Below are positions 29,583-39,894 of a stretch of DNA of 64,000 nucleotides, in pieces (positions within the stretch are counted from its first letter, which is position 1; every line of letters starts with the position of its first letter). The position numbers were made by a program, and so were the translations under genes. This stretch comes from Candidatus Woesearchaeota archaeon. Its GTDB lineage: Archaea; Nanobdellota; Nanobdellia; Woesearchaeales; UBA583. The notes under the pieces were generated by a model that saw nothing but the letters and a program-made list of their open reading frames with translations, did no database searches and was not told the origin of the DNA. Location of the stretch: NCBI GenBank assembly GCA_027858315.1, contig JAQICV010000077.1, positions 6,186-70,185 on the forward strand, written 5' to 3'.

Positions 29583-31319
29583 CTATCTGTGTGTAAAATA
29601 AAAAATATTTTTTCCTTGTTTATTTTTATGATCAAATTTAACAAAACCAAATCTTTCAAATTGAATATTTTCATTAGGTTTTAAATTATCTAAATTCTCA
29701 GTAACTCCTTTAATTAATTGATTGTCTTGCATTACAAGTTCAATATGTTGATGTTCATTATGATTTCTTGGAACAAATTGAATATTTCTTTTTGCATTTA
29801 GATTTTTATCATAATCTTTACTTAAATATTCTACAACTAATTTATCTTTAGTTTTTTCGATAATTTTAAAATTTGCAAAATGCATAAGTCTAATTATATC
29901 ACCTTCTTCTAAATTATTAAAATCTATTCCATCAATAAAATAATCATTTTTTACAGTTATTTTTCGATATCCTCTTTCTTTGAATTCTTGATGTTTTGGA
30001 AGTACAATTTCTTTATCAGGAAATTCATTAATGTTTTTAATATGAACTTCTTTAGGATTTAAAACAAATGAGTACCTGTCCGCTTCTTTTTCTAAAATTT
30101 GTTTATTAAAAAAGTTAATTTGTTTAAAATAATCTTTCTCAGACATTTTCAAATCTCTTTTAGTTATCCCTCCTGCAATAATCATATCTCTAAATGCTTT
30201 TGCTCTAAATCCTCTTTTTCTAAAAGATACTAATGTTGGAACTCTAGGGTCATCCCAACCAGAGTATATACCTGTATCAATTTTTTCTTTAATTGGAGTT
30301 TTCCCCAGTTCTAAATCTTCAAATTTAATTCTTCCAAAATGAAAATAGTTTGATTTTTTAAGACCTAGTGCATCTTTTACCATGTCTTGTCTTACTCCTC
30401 CAATTTCAGCATCTTTTCCTCTAATTACATAGTTAATATTCATAAGAGAATCGTCAATTGAGACGCATAAATTATACATTGGCCATAGTTTGTATTTTGT
30501 TCCAACTCTTGCATGAGAATTCGAATTTAATCTTGCAATTGGAAAATCTCTAAGTGCAGGATTTTTATTTTTTAAGTCTGCTTTAAATCTAATTACTGCA
30601 TCACCATCTTTATATTTTCCATTGAAAAATTTCTCATATTTTTTTTGTTGAACTTCAAGAGGTTTATCTCTGTGTGGACATGGTTCTGCAGAATCATTAT
30701 ATGCTTTGAATACATCTGCTTCACATTCACAAACATAGGCATTTTTAGTTTCAATTAATTGTCTTAAAAATTTATAGTATGTTTCTAGTCTATCGGATTG
30801 ATAGTAAATTTCATCAATACTGTCATCAGTTATCCATTTTGAGTCTTCAATAATTTTCTCATAATTATTTATGTCAATTTTTTCAGGATTAGTATCTTCA
30901 AATCTTAAAATAAATTTTCCACCATATTTTTTCTTGTATTCGTAATTAAAAACTAAATTATACAAATGACCTATATGTAAATACCCTGAAGGAGCCGGAG
31001 CAAATCTTCCAATAAATAAACCTTTATGGTCTGGCAAATCAGGTAAACCTTCTTTCTTTTCTACTTTTTCTTTTTTTTCAAGTGCTTTAGGATTTAAACT
31101 TAATAGTTTTCTTTTTTGGTCTTTATCATCCATTTCATTTACTTGTTTAACAATATTTTCAATTTCAGAAGTATAGTGTTGCATATCTTCTTTAATTTCT
31201 GGAAATTTAGGAATAACTTTCCCAAGCATTGCTTTAGGATTTGCTTTTCCGCCAAAATTAACTGCATTTTCTAATGCTTGTAGAAATACGAAATCTTCAA
31301 ATTCTTTTTCATTCATCAT
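29583..31319 (-). CDS. gltX: glutamyl-tRNA synthetase (archaeal/eukaryal type)
   Basis: 578 aa ORF with the class I HIGH motif (PSGYLHIGH), RFEDTNP and an MSEK-type motif. Confidence 0.85.
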   Translation of the reverse strand: MMNEKEFEDFVFLQALENAVNFGGKANPKAMLGKVIPKFPEIKEDMQHYTSEIENIVKQVNEMDDKDQKRKLLSLNPKALEKKEKVEKKEGLPDLPDHKGLFIGRFAPAPSGYLHIGHLYNLVFNYEYKKKYGGKFILRFEDTNPEKIDINNYEKIIEDSKWITDDSIDEIYYQSDRLETYYKFLRQLIETKNAYVCECEADVFKAYNDSAEPCPHRDKPLEVQQKKYEKFFNGKYKDGDAVIRFKADLKNKNPALRDFPIARLNSNSHARVGTKYKLWPMYNLCVSIDDSLMNINYVIRGKDAEIGGVRQDMVKDALGLKKSNYFHFGRIKFEDLELGKTPIKEKIDTGIYSGWDDPRVPTLVSFRKRGFRAKAFRDMIIAGGITKRDLKMSEKDYFKQINFFNKQILEKEADRYSFVLNPKEVHIKNINEFPDKEIVLPKHQEFKERGYRKITVKNDYFIDGIDFNNLEEGDIIRLMHFANFKIIEKTKDKLVVEYLSKDYDKNLNAKRNIQFVPRNHNEHQHIELVMQDNQLIKGVTENLDNLKPNENIQFERFGFVKFDHKNKQGKNIFYFTHR

Positions 31320-31459
31320 ATTTTACTTTGTCTTAGAGAATTTATAAAGATTTAGTAATTATGGCCTGGCCTTAACTTTATAAAGTAAAATTCATTATAT
31401 ATTATATATGAGGTCACAAATTGTAAAAATTTGCTTGACACTTTTTTAATGAATAAAAA

Positions 31460-31870
31460 ATGGATGATAAAAAATACGAAGAACTTTTAGATAAAGCCTA
31501 TTCTGAATTACCTGAAGTTCTATATAAAAAAGGAAGATTTGAATTGCCAACAGTTAAAGGTAAATTAATCAGATCAAGAACTGTGATTACTAATTTTAAA
31601 GATATTGCTCAAAAATTCTCAAGAGAAGATGACCATTTGACCAAATATTTCTTAAGAGAAGCTGGAGTTAGAGGAGAATTAGATGCTAGAGGAAATTTGA
31701 CACTACATTCAAGATTTCAACCTGCAGGATTAAATAATATTGTTTCAAGATATTTTGATAATTTTGTAGAATGCCCACATTGTAGAAGCCCAGATACAGC
31801 TCTTGAGAAAGAAGGTTCAATGCTTGTATGTAAAGCTTGTGGACATCAAGAGAAAAAATCTAAATTATAA
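31460..31870 (+). CDS. translation initiation factor aIF2 beta subunit
   Basis: 136 aa ORF with an eIF2beta/eIF5-type domain and a C4 zinc ribbon CPHC...CKAC. Confidence 0.8.
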   Translation: MDDKKYEELLDKAYSELPEVLYKKGRFELPTVKGKLIRSRTVITNFKDIAQKFSREDDHLTKYFLREAGVRGELDARGNLTLHSRFQPAGLNNIVSRYFDNFVECPHCRSPDTALEKEGSMLVCKACGHQEKKSKL

Positions 31871-31882
31871 TCTTTTCTAAAA

Positions 31883-32182
31883 ATGAGCGAAGTACAAAAT
31901 CTAATTACGAAGGAAAAACTTGAGAAGTATTTTGATATTACAGGTAGAGCTCTTAAAAAATTAAAACTAGCCTGCCCTGATAAGACTCATTTAGATAAAA
32001 TTGCTAAAGATTATCTTAATATGGCTCAAACCTATTTTAACGATGCAAAACACTTTGAAGAACAAAGTGATTGGATTAATGCATTTGCTGCTCTGAATTA
32101 TGCTCACGGATGGTTAGATGCAGGTGCTAGACTTGGAGTATTTGATGTCGAACACGATTCAGTTCTTTTTACTGTTGATTGA
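31883..32182 (+). CDS. conserved hypothetical protein
   Basis: 99 aa helical ORF. Its last 35 bp are duplicated at 32248-32282. Confidence 0.35.
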   Translation: MSEVQNLITKEKLEKYFDITGRALKKLKLACPDKTHLDKIAKDYLNMAQTYFNDAKHFEEQSDWINAFAALNYAHGWLDAGARLGVFDVEHDSVLFTVD

Positions 32183-32278
32183 GTGAGATATCAAATTTAG
32201 ATGCTTTGTGTTAGCAAAGTTCCGAACGAATTTTATGAGTGACTGAATTGAACATGATTCAGTATTATTTACTGTTGA

Positions 32279-33700
32279 TTAATCTTTTAATTTATCAGTA
32301 TTAAAGTGTAATTTTTGAACTAATTCACGATTAATAAAAATCCCTTCTAAGATTTCCCTTCTTTTTTCATAATTCACATCAATTAAAGTTTTTCCATTAA
32401 GATATAGTATATCAAATGCCTTTACTACTACATTGATATGTGATACTACTGAGATTTCTTTTGTCAAAATTCTTCTTGATAGAATTTGAAATTCTAAAAA
32501 CTCTTCTTTGTCAAAGTCATACCCAACACATTCAGTATCTAATACGAAACTTAGGTCTGAAAAATTATCTTTTATGAATTCAACAACTTCAGGAAATTGT
32601 TTAGTTATATTATCTAAGTTTCTTGAAAATAATTCTATTTCCCCTTTTTTGTTGTGTATCTGAACTCTTAATCCATCATATTTATAGTCTAAAAATGCAG
32701 GAGTCCCAGTAAGTTCTAAACTTTCTTTAATTGTATTCTTTCTTGTTCCAAGCATACTTTTAATTGGATTTCCTAAAATAATCTCAAAATTTAAAATATT
32801 TAAAATGTCGTCATCAAGTTCTCTTAGTAATTTTCTAAATGAGTTTAATAGATTGTATTTTTTTTCAAAATATTGTGTGAATGCGTTATACACTTCTCTT
32901 GGATTTGAAGATTTTAGTATTTGTTTTTCCTTATTTCTCCTTAGAGCAAATTCTATCGGTTTTATTTCATATTCAATGTCATAATCAAGTAAGCTTGTTT
33001 CTTTTTTTGGCGTTTCAAGTTCAACGATTTGGTATTTTCTTTGCGCTAATTCATCTTGTTCTTTTAAGTCTAGTTTAGTTTTACATTTTAAACAATTTGA
33101 TAAATTTAAATTCACATATAGGCATTTAGGACATATCAAATGAATCCCAAGAATATTTGGAAAATATGCATTAACTGCAGCTTCTCTTAGAACTCCTTCT
33201 GATACCCCAATCCTTAAATCATCAATTAATAGTCTTGAAAGATATTTGTATTCAACATCAGAATTAGCGTATAAGTATAAATTACTCAAAATCTCTTTTT
33301 TCTTTTTATTGCTGTTTGTTCCACTAATTGATGCTATTTCATCTAAAGATTTGTTAATGAATTCAATTGTTAATTTTTTACTTAGTAAACTTTGTTGATA
33401 TTTTTCTTTTAAAACTTCTACACTAACTGAACCTAAATCTCCAAGTTTGTTGAACTTTTTTTCAACGCCTCTCTCACTAGTTTTGGAAATAGAACTAATA
33501 ACTGAAAATATTGTCTTTAATGAAATTCCTAGATTTTTCTTATTAATTTCTCTTTGATAATTTTTTGCTAAGATGTCAAATACGATTTTTGCATCTTTTT
33601 TATTTTCAAGCAAAAAATCTCTTAGAATTAAGACTTTCTCTAATCTTTTAGATCTTTTATCTAAATTTTCAAAAAGCTTTGCAATCTCTAAAAACTCCAT
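32279..33700 (-). CDS. ATP-dependent DNA ligase, apparently lacking the C-terminal OB domain
   Basis: 473 aa ORF with a DNA-binding N-terminus, motif I KYDGLR, VLDTE and FDILY. It ends soon after motif IV. A CPKC..CLKC zinc ribbon is inserted. Confidence 0.7.
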   Translation of the reverse strand: MEFLEIAKLFENLDKRSKRLEKVLILRDFLLENKKDAKIVFDILAKNYQREINKKNLGISLKTIFSVISSISKTSERGVEKKFNKLGDLGSVSVEVLKEKYQQSLLSKKLTIEFINKSLDEIASISGTNSNKKKKEILSNLYLYANSDVEYKYLSRLLIDDLRIGVSEGVLREAAVNAYFPNILGIHLICPKCLYVNLNLSNCLKCKTKLDLKEQDELAQRKYQIVELETPKKETSLLDYDIEYEIKPIEFALRRNKEKQILKSSNPREVYNAFTQYFEKKYNLLNSFRKLLRELDDDILNILNFEIILGNPIKSMLGTRKNTIKESLELTGTPAFLDYKYDGLRVQIHNKKGEIELFSRNLDNITKQFPEVVEFIKDNFSDLSFVLDTECVGYDFDKEEFLEFQILSRRILTKEISVVSHINVVVKAFDILYLNGKTLIDVNYEKRREILEGIFINRELVQKLHFNTDKLKD

Positions 33701-33809
33701 ACTTAATATATTTGAAAGATTATAACTTTATAAATATATAGCCAGTAATTTAATTAAAAATTACTTTGATACAATTTCAAATTAAAAATATTTGAAATAA
33801 TTTTAGTTA

Positions 33810-34355
33810 ATGTCTTTTGTTATCCTTTTTATTCTAAAAGAAACATTTATAAAACTTAAAATTAAATATTTTCTTATGGTATTTGACAAGATCAGAGAAG
33901 CGTTCTCTAAAACAGATGAAAAGTATGAAATATTATATTACAAATACTCTCAAATCAAGATGGAGAACATCAAATTAAAGGAGAAGCATACAAAGGAGAT
34001 GCAACATCATAAAGAAAAAGTACATGAGATTATGGCAAAACATTTAATTAATCTTTATGAAGATGTTGAGACTGCAAAATCAGATAGTTTCAAAGTAAAG
34101 GCATCAGATAAAGAGACTCAAAGACTTTTAATTAGTTTAAATAAAGTAGAAAAAGATATGAAATCTGTAATGACTAATTTTTCAATTGAAACTTATGATG
34201 CTGAAGATAGGATGTTTGATCCAGAATTGCACGAAATAGCTTCTTATCAAGATGCTAAAGGAATGAAGAAAGGAATAATTATTAATACAGTAAAAAAAGG
34301 TTTCAAATATAGAAATAATATTATTAAAAAACCGAAAGTTCTTGTTACAAAATAA
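33810..34355 (+). CDS. GrpE-like coiled-coil protein (tentative)
   Basis: 181 aa ORF with an N-terminal coiled coil. The C-terminus (KGFKYRNNIIKKPKVLV) resembles the GrpE beta domain. Confidence 0.3.
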   Translation: MSFVILFILKETFIKLKIKYFLMVFDKIREAFSKTDEKYEILYYKYSQIKMENIKLKEKHTKEMQHHKEKVHEIMAKHLINLYEDVETAKSDSFKVKASDKETQRLLISLNKVEKDMKSVMTNFSIETYDAEDRMFDPELHEIASYQDAKGMKKGIIINTVKKGFKYRNNIIKKPKVLVTK

Positions 34356-34439
34356 AAATCTTGAAAAAGATTTTTAGTTATTTTCTTGGAAAATAAAATA
34401 AAAATTTAATATTGCTTTTATCCTAAAGTATTTAAAGTT

Positions 34440-34955
34440 TTGAATTCTGAAATTTCTATGAAGCAAGTTATTTTAATAGGCCCTAGAGGAGTTGGTAAAA
34501 CATCAATAGGTATTGAACTTGCAAAATTACTAGAAATTGAATTTATTAATATTGATACTTATATTCACCAAAATTTGATATTTCCTGCAAAGGATATCTA
34601 TACAAAAGAAGAATTTGAGAAAAAACAAGAAATTGAATTTAATGTTTTAAAAGATTTTATATACTCCAAAAAAGAAGTAGTTATTTCTAATGGAGCAGGA
34701 CTTCTTCAAAATCAAACTTCAAAAAGACTCATTGAAATTAAAGAAGTTTTAAAAGAGAAAAATGTTATACTATTGTTTCCTTATACTAATTTTATGTTGT
34801 CTAAAATAATCTTAGAGAAGAGAACAAAACAAAAACTAAAGATTATTGATATTGAAACTTCATTTCTACTTCATAAAAAATTTACAAAAAAAATATTCTT
34901 TACTAAAAATTTAAATATTAAAGAGATTGCTAAAGAACTATTAAAAATTATTTGA
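34440..34955 (+). CDS. P-loop kinase (shikimate-kinase/AroK-like)
   Basis: 171 aa ORF with ILIGPRGVGKTS (Walker A) followed by the LAKLL..FIDTD pattern. Confidence 0.4.
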   Translation: MNSEISMKQVILIGPRGVGKTSIGIELAKLLEIEFINIDTYIHQNLIFPAKDIYTKEEFEKKQEIEFNVLKDFIYSKKEVVISNGAGLLQNQTSKRLIEIKEVLKEKNVILLFPYTNFMLSKIILEKRTKQKLKIIDIETSFLLHKKFTKKIFFTKNLNIKEIAKELLKII

Positions 34956-34961
34956 AGAAAT

Positions 34962-35636
34962 TTAAAGATAATCTAAACTCTCAACAATATTTTGAATTTC
35001 TACTGTTGAACTCATCGTACCAATAATTAAACCAAAACTATTCCCTACTACTCCTGATGCAATGTAATAACTTCCTTGATTTATTGTTCCAACTCCACCA
35101 ATTTCTTTTAGAATAGGTTTAACTTGATCTTCTTCATATTCTTGAGAGAAGAAGTATTTATTATTCATAAATCTACATGTAGCTCCAATTGATTTGAATA
35201 TAGGATTTTCAATTCGAATGATTTTGTATTTAGTTTGTTTCTTGATTTCAGATTCAAACTCTTCTGAGTATTCAAAATTAATTAAAATTTTTCCATTACC
35301 TACACAAATATTGCTTCCATAAGTGTTTTGTAAGTCTTTAATTACAATTAATTTTACTTCATGAGTTTTACAGATTTCTTCTAATTCTTTTTGTTCATAT
35401 TCATACATTGAAGGAACTATTAAAATTTCAGTATTTCCTGAAATAAATAGGCCAATTAATTCAGTTCCTAAAACTGATACAGTGTACACAGGCACATTAA
35501 AAGTTTTTTCTATTTCTTTCTTTTTTTCATCAGAAATCTCATGTCCAATTAAACAAAATTTGTCATTAACAAACATATAAATACCAATATTTGGGTTTCC
35601 ACCAAAATCCATTAAATTAACATTTTTTTTAACCAT
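34962..35636 (-). CDS. translation initiation factor aIF6
   Basis: 224 aa ORF with the characteristic repeated alpha/beta eIF6 pattern and N-terminal GNPNIGIY. Confidence 0.7.
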   Translation of the reverse strand: MVKKNVNLMDFGGNPNIGIYMFVNDKFCLIGHEISDEKKKEIEKTFNVPVYTVSVLGTELIGLFISGNTEILIVPSMYEYEQKELEEICKTHEVKLIVIKDLQNTYGSNICVGNGKILINFEYSEEFESEIKKQTKYKIIRIENPIFKSIGATCRFMNNKYFFSQEYEEDQVKPILKEIGGVGTINQGSYYIASGVVGNSFGLIIGTMSSTVEIQNIVESLDYL

Positions 35637-35731
35637 TTTTTAATTTTATATATTAATAAGAATAAATATGAATTAATAAACTTGATTATTATAATCATAA
35701 TCTTTATTAACAATTAAATATAATAATAATT

Positions 35732-36208
35732 ATGGGTACATGTGAGCTTTGTGGGAAAATTGTAGACACGACTACAACTGTTAAAGTTGCTGGTTCTAAT
35801 ATGCAAGCTTGTGGCAAGTGTAAAGCGCTTGGTTCTGAGGTTAATAGGGAAAGTCCAGCATCTCTTTCCCATTCATTTAGGAAGAGAACAAAAGAAGGAA
35901 GTGTTGAAATGGAAGTTATTTCTAATTATGCTCCAGTTATTAATTCTGCACTTGCAAAGAAAGGTTTAAATATACATCAATTGGCTAGGATGTTAAATAT
36001 TAAAGAGAGTACTTTGAATAAATATTTTACAGGAAAGATCAAACCTGATGTTACTGTAGCTAGAAGACTTGAAACTTTTTTTGAAATTACAATATTAGAA
36101 TACAGAGAAGCTCAAGATTTAGGTGATGTAATGGTAAATGAGGAATTAGACAATAAACCTATGAGTCTAGGTGATATGATTAAGAAACAAATGGAGAATA
36201 AGAAATAA
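35732..36208 (+). CDS. archaeal multiprotein bridging factor 1 (MBF1), Zn-ribbon + HTH
   Basis: 158 aa ORF with CELCG..CGKC at the N-terminus and an XRE-type helix-turn-helix at the C-terminus. Confidence 0.6.
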   Translation: MGTCELCGKIVDTTTTVKVAGSNMQACGKCKALGSEVNRESPASLSHSFRKRTKEGSVEMEVISNYAPVINSALAKKGLNIHQLARMLNIKESTLNKYFTGKIKPDVTVARRLETFFEITILEYREAQDLGDVMVNEELDNKPMSLGDMIKKQMENKK

Positions 36209-36211
36209 ATA

Positions 36212-37276
36212 ATGGCTTTTGATTTAATTACAATTATAAATTACCAGGTTGGTTTGAATGAAGTTTGGAGATATCTAGTTTTTTTAATAGCTCTATTAAT
36301 GACATATCCTTTAGGAAAACTTATCATATATATTTTACAAAATTATTTAAAGAAATGGGCTACCAAAACTGCTTTTAAACTTGATGATATATTTTTCAAC
36401 AGTATTAATCCTTCAATTACGATGTTTGTATTTGCAGGACTATTTTATTTTGGTTCTAGTGTTTTAAATCAAGGTCAATATGCACCAGTCTTCACAAAAG
36501 CATTCAATTTTTTCATTATAGTTCCTCTAGTTTATTTCTTAATTAAGTTTTCAACAGAGATGATTGGATTTTATTTGAAAAGCGATAAGAAAAGAATCAA
36601 TGAAGCAGGAATTGATTTGCTTATGCAAATTGTAAGAATTACATTATTTTTAATTGGTATATTGTTAGTACTTGGAAATTTGGGATATAATGTTTCAGCA
36701 GGATTAGCAGGACTAGGTGTAGGAGGTTTGGCATTTGCTCTTGCAGCTCAAGATATTCTAAAAAACTTCTTTGCAGGAGTCTCTTTAGTATTTGATAAAA
36801 CTTTCAATAAAGGAGAGAGAATTCAATTTCAAGGAGTTACTGGAAAGATTGAAGAGTTAAAATTAAGATCTACAAAGGTTCGAACTTATGATGGAACTTT
36901 AATGACTATTCCTAATGCAATGCTTGCTGATAATATGGTTGAGAATGTAACAAAAGTTCCAAAAGTTAAAGTTAAAATGACAATTGGAGTTGAGTATTCA
37001 ACTTCTGCAACTAAATTAGAAGAAGCTAAAAAGATTATTCAAGAAGCAATTGACTCAAATGAATATGCAGATGCTGGAAATCATGATGTTTGGTTTGATA
37101 ACTTTGGAGCATACTCATTAGATCTTCAAGTAATCTATTATGGAAAACTAACTATGGATGATTGGAGTAAAAGAGTACAATTCAAAGATGAAATTAATTT
37201 TGCAATTAAGAAAGGATTTGAAAAAGCAAAAATCAGTATGGCATTCCCAACTCAAACAATTGAGTTGAAAAAATAA
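36212..37276 (+). CDS. MscS-family mechanosensitive channel
   Basis: 354 aa ORF with transmembrane helices followed by the MscS hallmark GVTGKIEELKLRSTKVRTYDGTLMTIPN. Confidence 0.8.
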   Translation: MAFDLITIINYQVGLNEVWRYLVFLIALLMTYPLGKLIIYILQNYLKKWATKTAFKLDDIFFNSINPSITMFVFAGLFYFGSSVLNQGQYAPVFTKAFNFFIIVPLVYFLIKFSTEMIGFYLKSDKKRINEAGIDLLMQIVRITLFLIGILLVLGNLGYNVSAGLAGLGVGGLAFALAAQDILKNFFAGVSLVFDKTFNKGERIQFQGVTGKIEELKLRSTKVRTYDGTLMTIPNAMLADNMVENVTKVPKVKVKMTIGVEYSTSATKLEEAKKIIQEAIDSNEYADAGNHDVWFDNFGAYSLDLQVIYYGKLTMDDWSKRVQFKDEINFAIKKGFEKAKISMAFPTQTIELKK

Positions 37277-37321
37277 AATAAAAATATTTATAAACTCCAT
37301 ATCATTATTTTATATATTCAA

Positions 37322-37393
37322 GCTCCTGTAGTACAATGGCTAGTATCCCGGCCTTCCAAGCCGGTGATCTGGGTTCGAATCCCAGCAGGTGCA
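37322..37393 (+). tRNA. tRNA-Gly (anticodon UCC)
   Basis: Cloverleaf with anticodon loop CTTCCAA and T-arm CTGGGTTCGAATCCCAG. There is one T:T mismatch at acceptor position 3. Confidence 0.75.
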
Positions 37394-37562
37394 CTCAAAT
37401 ACGAGATTTGGTGAATAGGGAGTAGAAATTTGCGAAACCTTCCGAATCTTAATTTTAAATAATTCTGAACAAAATGTCAACTTTGAAAGTTTACTATTTT
37501 AGAAAATTGAATTTTTACTTAGAATAATAATAATACTATCAATAGAGATAGAATAAATATAT

Positions 37563-38105
37563 TTAGATTTTTTTATTATATCTTAAAATGATGACTCCTT
37601 CTTTTAGTGTAGATTCTTCTAGGTGTAATTTTATTGTAAGATTATTTTCTAAAAATAATTTCCTACCACTTCCTAAAATAATTGGAATAATGCCTAGAAT
37701 ATATTCATCTATAATATTTGCTTTAATAAATGAATCCGTTAATCTTGCTCCACCATATAACCAAATATCTTTGCCTTCTCCTTTTTTTAATTCTAATATC
37801 TTATTACAAATATCTTTTGATATAAATTTAACATCTTTAAGTTTTGATTTCAATTGTTTAGATGTTGCAACATATACTTTTTTACCATTGAACATTCTAA
37901 TTGATTCTTCAGGAATATCTTAATATGCTTTTCTCCCCATAACTACAATATCAATAGAATCGAAAAAAATTTCAAAATTAAATTGATTTTTTGTATCATG
38001 ACTTTTATCTGAATCTCTAACTATCCAATCAAAGCTCCCATCTTCTCTTGAAATATAACCATCTAAACTAATAGCTAAATTTAAAATTATTTTTCTTTTT
38101 GTCAT
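37563..38105 (-). pseudogene. RibD_C/DHFR-like gene interrupted by in-frame nonsense codon
   Basis: Paralog of 20604..21140. Codon GAA (KAYEDIP) is TAA here at about 37916, splitting the gene into 37920..38105 and 37563..37895. Confidence 0.7.
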
Positions 38106-38164
38106 ATATAAACAATAAAAATCACAATTAAATTAATTATTGTTTGTTCTAGAAAAATATTAAG

Positions 38165-38239
38165 CCCTCTGGCCGGGATTTGAACCCGGGTCACAGCCTT
38201 GAGAGGGCTGCATGATTGGCCGAACTACACTACCAGAGG
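38165..38239 (-). tRNA. tRNA-Glu (anticodon CUC)
   Basis: Cloverleaf with anticodon loop CTCTCAA and T-arm GGGTTCAAATCCC. It is a close paralog of tRNA-Glu(UUC). Confidence 0.85.
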
Positions 38240-38293
38240 ATTACTTATACTTTATAAGAATTATAAGAGGTTTTTAAAGATTTTGATTGAAAA

Positions 38294-38950
38294 TTACCTA
38301 AAATAAGAATGAATTAATTCATATATCTTTCCTTTTAATTTGAAACAAGTATTTATATCATTTTCAAGATTTTTCTGATAAAACCTATCTAAATATACTT
38401 TTTTTAAAAAAGGACTTCCTTTTACAAAGGGAATTTTATCTAGATAATTTTTATTAACTGTATTTTTATATTCCATCTTATTTCTAAATTCCCATTTTCC
38501 AATTTGTGTTTTGATTTTATTATTGTTTTTATCTAAAAATTCAACATCTTTCATATCTCTTACAACTAAATATAGTTCAAATTCCATTGAACCATAATCT
38601 GATTCAGGAAGATTTTTTTTGAATTTCCATTTAAATTCGAATTCTTTTGCCCACCCTCTCTCAACGACAACATGTTCAACTTCAAACATATCTGAATTTC
38701 TATTTATTCGCTCTTTATTATCTACCCATTCTCCTGCTTTTACTAAATAATCTCCATCAGGACTCCATACATCAGTGAATTTTAAATTTACAAGTAAGTC
38801 ATGAAGATCATTGTAAAATTTTTTAATATCTACTTTTTTTGAAAAAACTTCTGTTGCAGGTTTAAATAACAGACTTTTTTTATCTCCTAGAACTTCATTA
38901 ATTATATTAGTAGTAGTAGTCCCACCCCTTAAATAATTGTCATCACCCAT
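38294..38950 (-). CDS. hypothetical protein
   Basis: 218 aa ORF with no motif. Confidence 0.3.
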   Translation of the reverse strand: MGDDNYLRGGTTTTNIINEVLGDKKSLLFKPATEVFSKKVDIKKFYNDLHDLLVNLKFTDVWSPDGDYLVKAGEWVDNKERINRNSDMFEVEHVVVERGWAKEFEFKWKFKKNLPESDYGSMEFELYLVVRDMKDVEFLDKNNNKIKTQIGKWEFRNKMEYKNTVNKNYLDKIPFVKGSPFLKKVYLDRFYQKNLENDINTCFKLKGKIYELIHSYFR

Positions 38951-39012
38951 ATATCTATAATTTAAACAAGAAAAGAAGTTTTTAAATCTTTCTTTTCATT
39001 AAATAAGAAAAT

Positions 39013-39549
39013 TTAAAGATTTTTATCAATCATTATATCATTTGGTTTAACATAACTTAGAAGAATTCTTAAATTTTTTAGAAATAACTCAATGTCCTCT
39101 AATTTAGTTTCAATTGAAGAATTTGGTTGAGTTATTTGCTTTTCTAATTTTGAATTTATATTTTTTAGCTCAATTGAAATTAATTCAATATTAGAGTCAG
39201 ACGAATGATCTAGCATATCTTTCATAGATTCAACAAGTCCTGAGAGTGATCCTATCATCCCCTCTAATCTATCATCTAGGCTCTGAGTTTTAGTTACAAG
39301 ATTATCTAATGTTGATTTATTTAAATCTTTTATATCATCTAAATGGTTAATTATTGTTTCTCGTTCTTTTTTTGATTCTTCATTTATTACTTGAATTATT
39401 TGAGAAAGAAGTTTTGTATCTGGTTGAGCTTGTTTTTGAGGAACGAGAGTTTTTTGTTTTAAGAGATCATTTTCTTTTTTCAATTTAGAATTTTCTTCCT
39501 TTAAATCTCTAATTGAACTCTTTGCTACTAACTCATATTCGTCATCCAT
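39013..39549 (-). CDS. coiled-coil protein
   Basis: 178 aa ORF with heptad-rich sequence. Confidence 0.3.
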   Translation of the reverse strand: MDDEYELVAKSSIRDLKEENSKLKKENDLLKQKTLVPQKQAQPDTKLLSQIIQVINEESKKERETIINHLDDIKDLNKSTLDNLVTKTQSLDDRLEGMIGSLSGLVESMKDMLDHSSDSNIELISIELKNINSKLEKQITQPNSSIETKLEDIELFLKNLRILLSYVKPNDIMIDKNL

Positions 39550-39640
39550 ATGATATTTAAAGTTAATTTTAATATATTAATTTATCACTACTTGAAAATG
39601 TTAGACAATAAAATTAATTGAAATTAATTAAATTTAAGAT

Positions 39641-39892
39641 ATGTTAGATCAAATCATGTTAATTATAGGTATTTCGGGAGTTTTAGTTATTGCTCTAAAT
39701 TTTATTTTAGAGGCAACAAATAGATTAGGAAAAGACCATAAAAGTTTTGCTTTACTTAATGTTTATGGGTCCAGTGCACTTTTCATATATTCTTTATATG
39801 AAAAAGTTTGGTTATTTGTAGTTTTGAATGGATTTTTAATATTTGTTGGATTTTATGGAATTTATCAAGTTTTTAGAAATAAAAAGAAATAA
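39641..39892 (+). CDS. small membrane protein
   Basis: 83 aa ORF with two transmembrane helices. Confidence 0.3.
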   Translation: MLDQIMLIIGISGVLVIALNFILEATNRLGKDHKSFALLNVYGSSALFIYSLYEKVWLFVVLNGFLIFVGFYGIYQVFRNKKK

Positions 39893-39894
39893 AT

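Noticed and set aside
33810-34355. Confident GrpE annotation
   Set aside because: Only the C-terminal 20 aa pattern resembles GrpE, and no dnaK or dnaJ is nearby. It is kept as a tentative call.
37397-37560. Att-like duplication or mini element 3' of tRNA-Gly
   Set aside because: Only a 'tacgaga' heptamer and a weak 'tccgaatc' match are present. That is not enough to claim a duplication.
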